Shown here piece after piece: positions 53,055 to 64,000 of a DNA stretch of 64,000 nt (the first letter of the stretch is position 1; each line of letters opens with the position of its first letter). The DNA lies in contig NC_087437.1 in NCBI RefSeq assembly GCF_036321535.1, positions 64,482,001 through 64,546,000 on the forward strand, given 5' to 3'. A program made the position numbers and the translations under genes. Source of the stretch: Camelus dromedarius. Lineage: Eukaryota. Under the pieces are notes generated by a model. That model worked only from the letters and a program-made list of their open reading frames with translations. It was not told the origin of the DNA and searched no databases.

Positions 53055-53720
53055 AAGAAGCATGGGGTGCATCCCCATATTCATTGCAGCACAACTTACA
53101 ATAGCCAAGAAATGGAAACAATCTGTGTCCATTGATGGATGAATGGATAAAGAAGATGTGGTATATATAAAATGAAATATTACTCAGCCATAAAAAGAAT
53201 GAAATCTTGCCAATTATGACATGTATCAATCTTAAGGGCATTATACTAAGTGAAATAAGTCAGACATAGAAAGACAAATACCATATGATTTCACTTATAT
53301 GTGGAATCCAAAAACAAACAAACAAATAAATAAATAAACAAACAAACAAAACCCCAAGGTCATAGATACAGAGAACAGATTGGTGGCTGTCAGAGGTGAA
53401 GGGTGGTGGGGGGAGGTGAGTAAAACAGGTGAAGAGCACCAAAAGCTACAAATTCACAGTTATAAAACAGCATGTATAAAGTATAAAGTACAGCATGATG
53501 GCTATAGTCAATAATACCATATTGCATATTTGAAAGACAATAAGAGAGCAGATCTTAAAAGTCCTCATCACAAGGGGAAACAAAGGTTTTCTAACCCTGT
53601 ATGGGGACTGATATTAACCAGACTTATTGTGGTGATCATTTTGCAATATAGACAAATATCACATCATGATCTTATATATCTGAAACTAATATATGTCAAT
53701 TATATCTTAGTTTTTTAAAA
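53055..53720 (+). mobile_element. L1 3' end (L1MA/MB-like)
   Basis: cccatattcattgcagca...gatgaatggataaagaagatgtgg...aagtgaaataagtcagaca...gatcttaaaagtcctcatcac. Confidence 0.85.
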
Positions 53721-54359
53721 TAATTGAAAATAAATAGATAAATGAGAAGAATGGAGTGGTTAATTGTAACTGATGTTGAGGAGAAGACAAGTAATAAAAG
53801 CAGGAGGGAAAGCTGTTTAGCTGAGAGTGATGAAGGCGTCACGGAGAGGGCTGAAATGGGAACTGCATGAGGGAGTTGACTGGAGGAAGCAATGAGGGAT
53901 TCCAGGCACGTGAAGTCCAGCTGAGGTTGGGGACCATGAATTAGCAATGATTCTATCTAGGAGCAGCAGGAGAGACAGTAGGTTATGGAATTAATCCAAA
54001 GTCAGCGTGTTTCAAAATGGGTATGATAGGAGGACAAGAGCCAAGAAAGTTGCAGATATTGGGTAAACAGTTGAAGAGAGGTTCTTGTGGTCTCAACAGC
54101 TTTAACATAATGTAGCATCTTCTCTTTTAAATTCTGTCCCTTCTGTGGGAGTCTCTCTCTTCTGGATTTCTAAGGAATTAAGTTCATCCATTCAATTAAG
54201 TTTTTTCATTAATAAGGCCTTTCTAACAACCTCTTGCTGAGAAAAGAACATGTAGTCCAGAGAAAAGAACATGTGATGTGGATGCAGAAGCTCTGGGTTT
54301 ATGTCCTGGCTCTCCACTGGCCAGCTGCGTGATCTGGGGTAAGTCATCTGATCCCTCTT

Positions 54360-54743
54360 ACATTCGTTGGTTAGGGCTGCCATAACAAAATGCCATGGAC
54401 TGGTGACTTAAGCAACAAAAATTCATTTTCTCACAACCTCCGGAGGCTAGAAATCTGAGATCAAGATGTTGAAAAGATTTCTTTCTTCTAAGGCCTCTCT
54501 CCTAAGCTCCTAGATAGCTGTCTTCTCCCTGTGTCTTCATATGGTCTTCCCTCAATATCTACTGGTGTCCTAATCTCCTCTTCCAACAGGGACACCAGTC
54601 ATGTGGGTTAGGGCCAGCTAACAACTCATTTTAACTTAACTACTGCTTTGAAGACCCTATCTCCAAGCACAGTCATAGTCTGAGGCACCGGGGGTTTGGA
54701 CTTCAATATATGAATTTTGAGGGGCACACACTTCAGCCCACAA
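54360..54743 (-). mobile_element. MaLR LTR (MLT1A-like)
   Basis: agggctgccataacaaaatgccat...ggaggctagaaatctgagatcaag...ggggcacacacttcagccca. Confidence 0.8.
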
Positions 54744-56252
54744 TACCTCTAAATTTCGGTTTACTCAGCTATAAAATTGAGGTGATAATAGAAGGTAATA
54801 GATAATAGAGATAAGAATGTGGTAGCTAAGAATATAGTAATTAAGGGCATAACGGTTAAAAAAAAAACACACATAATGTGAAAAAATGTAATGGCTGGAA
54901 CGTACAGGCCAGGCTGCCTGGGTCTGAAGCCACATATGTTGCTTACTAGCTGTATGACCTGGTGCTTTAATACTTCAAGTTCTTATTTGCAAAATGGGGA
55001 AACTAACAGTCGAGGTGAGTCCAAGTTTCACAGGTTTTGAAATTTATACACCTCAGAAAAAGAATACAAAATTACAAACATACACTTACGTATAAAAGTG
55101 AGTATTTAGAATCAGAAATGAAATCATAACAAAGTATACATTTCAAAATGTTGAAAATCCTATTCCCAATATTCCCATATACACCTTTCCTTCGCTGTAT
55201 TCCCAAAATGCTTATGACCACTCCAACACCCAAGGGAAGTTTGAGAGGTCTGAGAAGTCAAAGTGGGAAGAAAAGAGTGGTCTTAACCCGTGGTGCTTAA
55301 AATATCTTACTTTTGAGGTGCTACTAAATCATAAAACCATGTGAAAGCATTAGGGTACCTCTCGGGGCCTTTTAAAAAGCCTATGCAATTGGATGCGAAT
55401 GAATCAGGAGTGGTCATTAGCATCATCTTCAACTAAGAGCAAATTATTAGGTGATATGATAGAGGTGATGAGGACAGTGTTCCCAGAAATTGAGCAGGAT
55501 GAACCTGAGCTACAGGAGAGTGACTGTCTCCTACTCGTGATTGCATCCCCTAGGGTTAATAGCATTTCAGTTGAATGCTATTCAATGAACGCATGAATGA
55601 GGAGCCAGTGGGAGACACTGCAGTAAATCAGATGGGGGAGGGATTAAGGGTTTGGAAACTAAAAGGAAGGCTGAAACTGAAAATCCCGTGGAATAAGATT
55701 TAGTAGGATTTGCTGACTAGGGGTAGAGGTAGGGTGTCTGGGGGCACAAAGAAGCAAGGGTGGCAGGACAGCTGGAAGCATCGTGGCACCACAGGAGGAG
55801 GAAAGTAGGAAATGAGACAAGTCAAGAGGGGTGGCTATTTGCAAGAGATGATGACAAGTTTGGATCCTGATATGAAGTTTATGGTAACAGAGAAGTCCCT
55901 CAAAGGAGAACCTGGAGGCGGCTAGAAATGCTGATTCTGGAGTCAGGGCAGAAATAGTAACTGAGATAGTAAGAGCAAATGACTCCCCCAAAGGGAAAAG
56001 ATGAAGAGTGAGAAAACCATGAAGTTAAGGGGCCAAACATGAAAGAACTTAAGGAACACAAAATAAAGAGGAAAGATGGATAAAAGAGGCATTGGTCCCA
56101 TTGCCGGCCCTCAGGGTCTAAAAGGTTGCCCACTCTCTGCTTTACAGGTTGCTGCCTGGACTCAGTATTGAGTTCATTAACAATGCTTAGTGAGACTAAG
56201 TCTAAAGGAGTCTGGGTTATTCAGAATCTCTGAGTGTCAGGAGGCTACAAAT

Positions 56253-56420
56253 CTGTTCCAATGGCTGGAAGGGAAACAGATGTGTACTTCCGCTGTTTAC
56301 ACTCTTTTAGAACAATGGAAACCATTTTCATGACATCATTTTCCCCAAGAACATGAGTTATTATCTTGCACATTAAGTATCCACCTTGTGTAATTATATA
56401 ATCTCTGTGAGGCTGTGCAG
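56253..56420 (-). pseudogene. PARP15: PARP15 remnant exon (macrodomain; paralog of PARP14 exon 12), donor mutated
   Basis: 168 nt, same length as PARP14 exon 12. [14 protein letters not shown]...[13 protein letters not shown] matches recalled PARP15 (AAQPHRDF...[13 protein letters not shown]). Acceptor ccccag is intact, but the donor reads ATTTGTAGCC versus GTTTGTAGCC in PARP14. Confidence 0.85.
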
Positions 56421-57568
56421 CTGGGGAAAAAAAAAGGAAGAAAACGAAACACACACAGCACATTACTTACCGGAAGTGACCATCTGATTACTGAGAAATG
56501 AAAATAACTGACATCAGAAAAAGCTGTGGATTCCTGCCAAGTCCAGCTCCCTCAGTCTAGCTGGTTTCATTCACTGGGACTGTGACAGGCTCTTTTTTTT
56601 TTTTTTTTTTTACAATCAGGATTCTTTAACTCAACAACTACATTGTTGAGTGTTTTGGATGCTGTTTAAAAGCTGGGTTTATCTACTCAGTTCTCAAAAC
56701 AAGCTTGTGAGCTTAACTCTTAATCCCTCCCCCGACCTGATTTACAAGCCTATGAGGTGCTGGTTTATCCATTTCACAGATTAAAGAGAGGCACGGAGAA
56801 ATCAGGTCAGTAGACTAAGATCACCCAAGATTTGCCCAAGATTTGAACCCAAGCAGTCAGTGTCCAGATCTCTGAACCCCCATTCTACTGTCCAGAATAG
56901 CAATTTACATATATGTTCATTCAACCAGATTAATTTTTCAGGGAGGTAAAAGCAATGTATTCTCAGATGTGTGGAGATGTGAAAGGATGAAAATTTCTCA
57001 GGACCTTGAAAGCTCTTGAGCACTTGGAAATTACAGGGCTTGTTTTAAGGCATTGCCCTTTCATACCCTAAGTAAGGCAGGGTTCCAGCAAAATGGAGGA
57101 GGAGAGTGGGTCCCTGTCTGCCACCACCCTGCCCTCCTGGTGAGCTCTGTCACCCAGGCACTCCCTGCCCCTCTGGTGTCCCACCTCCCCTCCCCTCCCA
57201 GGCAGCCTCCTTGGGCTTTTCCAGCTTCTCCAGCCTAACTTCATTTTAGGCTTCTGTCTTCTAGGTACAGACAGCTCTTCCGGTGCACTAATCCCTTTAA
57301 CATCCTCATGCTGGTGATCAATATTACCTGCCTCTGATTTCTTGCCAGGAATTTATTCACTCCAGAGAAAATGTCTTAATCAGAGGAGAGCTATTAAGGT
57401 GAGAATTTCAGGCGTGATAGCAGGTGAGTTATGGGAATGTATGGTCAAATGTGGGAAACTATGACATTTTCAAATCACTCTCATGGCTGACTGTCTACCT
57501 GGCAAGGCATGAGTCCTGGTTTTAAAGGATAAATAGTTTATGATCCATCACTCTTAGAGGTTTCCCAC

Positions 57569-58200
57569 TGTGATATAATAAAAAATAAATATTTGGTCCT
57601 TGTCCCTGGTTTCTGGCTCAGAGTTCCTAAAACCCTTGGAATCTCCATAAAAGACTGTCTTTTATATGCTAATGAGATAACTCTTGGGGGCTGTGGGGCT
57701 AGATGGCTTCAGAATAGAGGCCGGTCTCCAGAAAGACCCAGCCACAGTTAGCAATTGGAACTCTCAGGGGAGGTCACTCCCTGACCTCCGGGGAGAGAAG
57801 AGAGGCTAGAGATTGAACTCAGTCACAAATCTAATTATTTAATTAGTCATGCCTACATAATGAAACCTCCATTAAAAAACCCTAAATAAAGGGGTTCAAG
57901 ATCTTCCAGGTTGGTAAAGAGATCGAGGTACTGGGAGGGTGGTGTGCCCAGAGAGGACACCGAAGCTCCGTGCCCCTCCCCACACACCTTGCCCTAAGCA
58001 TCTCTTCCATTTGGCTGTTCTTGGGTTGTATCCTTTATAATAAGCTGGTAAATGTAAGAAAAGTGTTTTTCTGAGTTCTGTGAGTTGTTCTAGTGAAGTG
58101 CCAAACCTGAGAAGCGGGGTGTGGGAACCCCGGACTTTAAAGCCAGTTGGTCAGATGCGGAGGCTCCTGGGACTTATGACTGGCATTTGAAGTCAGGGAA
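57569..58200 (+). mobile_element. ERVL LTR (MER21C-like) inside the PARP15 remnant
   Basis: tgtgatataataaaaaataaatatttggtcc...ctaaaacccttggaatctcc...ttctgagttctgtgagttgttctag. Confidence 0.7.
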
Positions 58201-58259
58201 GGCTCATAGGACTTGAAAATGAGTGAAACAGAGACCAGAAATAGAGACAGAAAAATAAG

Positions 58260-58276
58260 GAAAGTGAAAGTGAAAG
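58260..58276 (+). promoter_or_regulatory. Triple IRF-type repeat
   Basis: GAAAGTGAAAGTGAAAG, the (AAGTGA)n IRF1/IRF2/PRDM1-type motif. Confidence 0.5.
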
Positions 58277-59083
58277 GCAGAGGTGGAGACAGAACAATAG
58301 AGAGACTGAGACAAACACAGGTGGGGAGAGACTGAAGGAGAGAGAGAATTACTTTCAGGCAGGCAGGAACTGAGAGTAACTGTTTTGATTTAATTAACAT
58401 ACCTAGGCCTAGCCGCATATTTGAATCACCAGGAATGTCTTCCAAAACTACTGACACTGAGACCAGATACCTGACCAATTAAAATCACGCTCTTCAGGGG
58501 TGGGGCCTGGCACCTGTATTTATAAAGCTCCCCAGGTGATGCTGATGTGCAGCCGGGATTGAGTGTCATGGATGTCCACTAACTGGAATATGAGGGTCTG
58601 CATCTTCTGCTAACTGGTGATTCCCAGGAAGAGGAAGCCAGTAGAGGGGAAGGGCAGGCAAGAGCCAAACTGAGCATTTAGTACCTGTACTAGTAACCTT
58701 TCTCCCTCCTCATTCTGCCTGTGTCCCCGAGAGTGCTCAGGCCGGAGCGACGGGGTGCATTTGTGAAGGGTGATATTATGTGATGAACATATTGTCTTCC
58801 CCCTCAATGCTGAGGAACAGAAGAGAAAAACAGAACTGGGTTGAGAGTAAGTCAAGGTAAGTTATAGAGAAATAAAAGGTGGATTTGCACAGCCTCGTTT
58901 GTGGTTAAATTCGGGTCTCTCCACATATGGACATTATAGGGGATGGTAAGTATAGCCCAGCATGAACTTCTGGTGGGTTTAACTTCTCAGATTTATATGA
59001 TCTCAATCCTTGACCTTAAATCACAGAACCAATGCATTACACACCATTGTTCTGTGGAGAATTTACTAAACAGCACCACTTAC

Positions 59084-59197
59084 CGAGAAATATAAAACAT
59101 CTCCACTTACCAACACGAGGTTCAGACCTTCTTTGGTTTGGCTTGAGGCTAGAACATTGTTTGAATGACAGTCTTTCCAGCTGTCTTGGTCTTTTGA
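59084..59197 (-). pseudogene. PARP15: PARP15 exon-2-like remnant, 114 nt, open frame with intact splice sites
   Basis: ttcacag|TCAAAAGAC...TTCTCG|gtaagt. SKDQDSWKDCHSNNVLASSQTKEGLNLVLVSGDVLYFS resembles recalled human PARP15 ...VVASIQTKEGLNLKLISGDVLYIW and the 3' tip of PARP14 exon 6. Confidence 0.85.
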
Positions 59198-59871
59198 CTG
59201 TGAAGAAAACAGTAAGAGGCATTACCAGGCAGCGCCATCTGAAAACCTTCCTCATAGGTTTCCAAATAGAAAATAACTATTAGATTTCACAGATTTCTCT
59301 AACTCGAGCCTAAGGTTCAAAAGCAAATAATTTATTATCCACGATTTTTGAGTATCAGTTGTATTTAATACCTCAAATGCCAGTGAGCTCTTGTACTTAT
59401 TCCAAAAGTCCTAGGTTAACAGACTCTGTCAGTATCCCCTGGCTCTTAACCATTAAAGCGCACCTTGGTCATATTTCCAACTGTATTGCTAGTCTCAGGA
59501 TTTACTGGAGTGCCAAAGTCTGCTTTGCTTGACATGGAGAGAAAGTGCAGGTAAATTAAGGTGCCCTCCCACTCCCTCAAGCCCTTATCCAATGATTGAC
59601 TAGAGTTGGTGTAAAACTATCGCAGCAACCTTGACCCCCAGAGAGGACTCACTCTGAGTTTCCCTAGTGGGATTAAGTGGTAACTGATTTGCTAACATCC
59701 TCTACCAATGTTGTTTAGTTCCCCACTAAAATCACTTGCAATTGAATCCTATTTTCAGGTCTTTTTCTGGGAGACCCAAACTAAGACACAGTCCTCAGTC
59801 CTCCACAATAATGCATTTGTGGTTTGACTATCAATCAGTCATAGAATTTTAGAATTTAACAGCAAGAGTTC

Positions 59872-59963
59872 TTTTTTTTTTAAATGGAGGTACTGGGGAT
59901 TGAACCCAGGACTTTGTGCATGCTAAGCATGCACACTACCACTGGGCTGTACTCCCCCTCCCC
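59872..59963 (-). mobile_element. Camelid tRNA-derived SINE (Vic-1-like)
   Basis: Same A/B-box body as the copies at 5.6 kb and 13.7 kb, with a poly(T) run on the plus strand. Confidence 0.85.
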
Positions 59964-60231
59964 TTGAATTTTAGAATTCAAGGGTCATCACAGATCATCC
60001 AGTATAGAAACTTCATTCTCCTGTAAAGGAAACCAGTGTGTGAAGGGGTGAAACCACTTACTCCAAGTCAAACTACTAGCTAACAAAGGACACAGTACTT
60101 GAATCTGCTCTGCACAGGATCTGGAAGAGAAATCCACCTACCTGACGGTATTCTCACACTTACAACCAGTAATAACATGGCACATGTCACCTCCACACAC
60201 CTTGCCCGCCCACACCTGTGACAGACATTAC

Positions 60232-61223
60232 CTGGTGTCAGTACTCTTTTTCCATCATCCCAGATATCATCTCAGAATTCTTCTCAACAAGGAGTTCCAG
60301 ACAACCGTCATTTGATCAAAGGTAACCTATGAAATGAAACAGATTTTCCATGCCTGATCTAACTCAAAAAAGTATATGAATTCTCTTTGCTTAAAGCCAT
60401 CTCAGAGAATTTTTCACTCTACTTTCTGTAACAAACAGAAAACTCCAGAAGGACTGGGGATGGGCTTCTTGAACAATCCTTCTCACTCGCTAAGGAACTT
60501 CATCCTTCACTTTATACTCTCCTGTGAGCAGCCTGGTATGTTTGCTGAAAGCATTATCAACAACCTCCCAGCCCAAGAATTCCTTGAACACAGACTCTTA
60601 CAAAGCACTGATGGAAAAACTAGAAAACCTTCCAGAAGAACCAGCCACATTCTGTCAACTTGTGATTTTCCTTTTCAATGTTTTGGTTGGTGTCTTTAAC
60701 TGTTACAATTCTTCTCACATCTTCCAAACAACCTATGATTATGACCATCTCCTTGAACATTTCAGACTCAATCAAAACTCTAGCATCTTCTACACTGCTT
60801 TTTATGTCCTCCCATACCACTGGCCTCACATTCAATTCAGTGACATGATATTTAGACATGATGTAGGAGAATTTTTTAGAAACATCTTTCTAGGCCTTGA
60901 TGACATTGACCTTTGTTCTTCCTTAAATAAGTTAGGTAGTTGCAGACCTGATTACCGCCAGCTCCTTACAGCTGATGTGTGGCCATGTTACCTCACCGTG
61001 ACACTTTCTCCTTTTATAATTTATCACTCCAATCAGGTGAGGCTTTCTCTGCAAGATCTTCCACATGAGAGGATCCAGGAGCACCAGGAATGGGGCCGGC
61101 AGCCTTCCCAGGGGCTTCTCCTTTTCCATAGGAAGCTACGCCCAAGAAATAACACATAATATGGGAACACAAAGACGAGCCTTTCATTGAAGATAAGTGT
61201 TTTGGCCAATTAAGTGTCCACTA
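60232..61223 (-). pseudogene. Degenerate paralog of the 5' half of PARP14 exon 6, within the PARP15 locus
   Basis: Acceptor tttag|TAGTGGACACT. Fragments VVDT*L..VFPYY, KEKPLGRLPAPFLVLLDPLMWK, SKYHVTELNVRPVVWEDIKSSVEDARVLIE, YKVKDEV and IHILFELD align with exon 6 in this window. Several stops and frameshifts. Recognisable homology fades near 60350; the 3' end is set at a candidate donor CAG|gtaatg. Confidence 0.85.
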
Positions 61224-62961
61224 CTAAAAATAAAAAATAAAAGATATCATTCAGAAAAAAATCTTTGGCACAAAAGAAATCCTGATACTAATGAGACTGA
61301 AATAGAGTGTCTACCTAAAAATGGTACCACTGGCAAGCTGCTCGATGAAAGATGTGACATTCATGAATGCAATGGGGCTAATCCTCACCTAATGAAATAG
61401 ATCTATTCCAGTCTTGTTTATTTTACAGTAAAGTTTTATAAAATTAATTTGATTTTCCCATCGATAGTACAATATTAGAGGTGATTTTTTTCTGAAAAAA
61501 ATCTGGCCCTTAGGATTCAATAAATACAAATAATAATGCATGAGAAATTCAAAATAACCTACTAGAAGTAAAGCCAATATCATTTTTTAAAAGGATAGTT
61601 AAAATAGTAAAAAACATTAAAAACAATTGTTTGCTATAATCAAAAGTCATAAAAGGTTAGATTGCCTAGGAGCAGAGCCCAAAATGGGGATCTATGTGCA
61701 AGTGATTTATTAAAGTTGTGCCCTTAGGAGAAATCTGTAGGAAGTGAGAGCTTAAGAGAGAGAATATGGTTTAGATTAAGCCTGGCTTCTGCCTGATCCC
61801 ACCGAGATCTCTAGAGTATACAGATTGGATCACAGTGTTGTCTTAACCTTGAGGCAAGGGAGCTGGGTTCTTATACCTCCAAACCAGTCAGTTATTGGCT
61901 ATGGGCCATTCTAGTTGGGAGATGGATGTAAATCCCCAGGCACCTCCAGTGTCCCAAAGGCAATCCTCTGGAGAAGGTTTTAAGTGTGAGTTCTTCACAG
62001 CAATACATGCAGCAGTTGGATTCTGAGTGTACCTAATAAGTAAAAGAGAATCCAGGGCATCTGGAAGAGGCACCAAAGGAAAGGAAGAAAACTAAGGGAA
62101 GTCCAAAGAATAACTGCACAAGTTTAGGAGAAAGAGAATGTGGCGTAGTGGCTAAGTCATGAAAAATACCTAAGGGATTTTGGTTGACAGTAAATTCAGT
62201 ATAAATCAACAATGATGTCGCTGTATTAAAGGGGGGGGGGGAAATAACGCTAATTTTTTAAATAATAAGAACTGTCCTAAGGTGAAATGGGTCAACTTGG
62301 GAGACAGTGAGTTCTCAGGCAAACAGAAGATGCTCTGATTTTACTTCTAAGGAAACCATTTTGCTTTTCTGGGGGTGGGAGAGAGGGAGAGTGCATATTT
62401 TTCTTAATTGAATTCACCTGCCTATTTTCAAATGCATTTTACCCAGTAGAAACAGTATATCATAGTACTCTTATGTCAGAGGTGGTAACAATATCAAAAT
62501 GGAGGCCACTGAACCATTTAAGCCCTGTTTAATAATGGCTCTTTATCCCTGTATCTGCTGACACGTGTAGCTACCTAAAACAAAATTCATATCTATCATT
62601 TCTCACCAAATTAGTAACTTGTGTTTCCCATTTCTCCTGTTGGTAATTGTAATAGCTTTATTTAATGAATACCTGTTATGTGTCAGATATTTTACAAATA
62701 TTATCCCATTTAATTTAATCTTCATAATGACCCTGTGAGATAGATTTTATCTCTACTTTTTAAATGAGGAAACAGAATCAGAAAGTAACTTTGCCATTGC
62801 TATCCAACTAGTAAATTCTAGGAAAATTTAAATATATACCTTTGAAACTCTAAAGGCCAGTCATGCTCTAGAATTTCTATATAGAAGGCTGAGGGGTGAC
62901 AGCCTGGCTAGAAGTAGGGGGTGATGAAGGGAGTTTGTCTTGAAACTACATTTTCCTGGAT

Positions 62962-63455
62962 TGTGTAAGTAAGATGGCACCAAATGATCCCTAACTGCTA
63001 GCAATCACACCTTTGCATAGTCTCCTTGCATGCCATATCAGGATTGGTCTTTGTGACCAACAGAATATGGCAGATGTCATGCTCTGTCACTTCTGAGGCT
63101 GGGTTACAGAAGGCACTGCAGCTCTTTCCCCAACCCCCAAAAGTCTCTCTGCAGGATGCCAGCTGGCATGTCATGAACAGTCCTTTAGAGAGGCCCTCAT
63201 AGCAAGGAACAGAGGCCTCTGGCAGCAGCCATGTGAGTGAGCTTAGAAGCAGACTCTCCAGTCCCTGCTAAGCTTCAGATGACTGCAGCCCCAGCTAACA
63301 GCTTGATAGCAACCGTATGAGAGATCTTGAGCCAGAATCACCCAGCTAAGCTGCTCCCAAATCCTGACCCAAATAAAGTGTGAAATAATAAATGTTTTTC
63401 ACGTAAAGTCACTAGTTTTGGGGTTATCTGGCATGTAGCAATTGAAAACTAATAT
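62962..63455 (+). mobile_element. MaLR LTR (MLT1E/F-like)
   Basis: gatggcaccaaatgatccc...gccatgtgagtgagcttagaagcagac...cagaatcacccagctaagctgctcccaaatcctgaccc. Confidence 0.75.
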
Positions 63456-64000
63456 GGATTGTATGCTTGTTTAGGATGGCTTGAAGAAGAAGGCTGGTGG
63501 AGATTGTGGGAATAAGGCTAAAACCCCCAACTTGTAACCCTCTGTGGCTAAGTCACTGCTGAAAGCCAACCTCTAACCCCGATGCCAGTGATAGGAATTT
63601 TAAGGGTTTTAACAAAAAGTTTTAAGTATATATACATATTAGAGTAGAATAGAAAATTGAGTGCATCAGTTCCTTAGCAAGAAATGCACATGTTGCAACA
63701 AAACTTTATTTTCCAAGTTGCAACAAATACTTGTGTCTTCATAATAAAGTATGGGTTGGAGTATAATATAAACATTTTTTTATGGTGCACTGTGGTTAAA
63801 AAAAAGGTTTATAAAGTGCTGCACTGCACTCTATATGACTCAGCCTCTGCTATTGGTTTCTTTATTCACTAATGGATGGAGAGCAGACTGAGACTCATGT
63901 GCACATGTTATCTTCAGAAGCACTGAATGTGCTTAAATATTAACCATTTACCAGAATATAACCATGGTAGATGGCTTTTGAAAGAAGTTCTCCAGATGTC

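Noticed and set aside
60524..61159. 211-aa plus-strand ORF
   Set aside because: It lies antisense to the exon-6 relic, starts at a non-ATG codon and has no recognisable domain. Most likely a shadow ORF.
1..64000. CRISPR arrays, rRNA, operons or other prokaryotic systems
   Set aside because: The sequence is intron-rich mammalian DNA, and no regularly spaced repeat-spacer array was seen.

Overview
Mammalian genomic DNA, most likely a camelid, judging from Vic-1-type tRNA-derived SINEs and camelid-like L1 3' ends. The minus strand carries coding exons 1-15 of PARP14 (ATG at 38012, last visible exon 3147-3280). All have AG/GT boundaries and join into one open frame of 4929 nt (1643 codons: RRMs, KH region, three macrodomains, WWE, start of the ART domain). 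The last catalytic exons should lie beyond position 1. Upstream on the same strand are decayed remnants of PARP15: an exon-2-like segment, an exon-8-like segment with a dead AT donor, and a frameshifted copy of the 5' half of PARP14 exon 6. I found none of the other PARP15 exons by eye. The most striking observation is that PARP14 macrodomain 1, the ADP-ribosyl hydrolase ('eraser') domain, has substitutions at hallmark residues (NAxN to NAAS; G-x-F-G loop to R-A-F-G) in an otherwise intact gene. The locus also shows an ISRE/GAS promoter, a perfect ISRE + NF-kB composite in intron 1, and many L1, LTR, MIR and DNA-transposon relics. Comparisons with human/mouse proteins and repeat family names are from recall, not from a database search.
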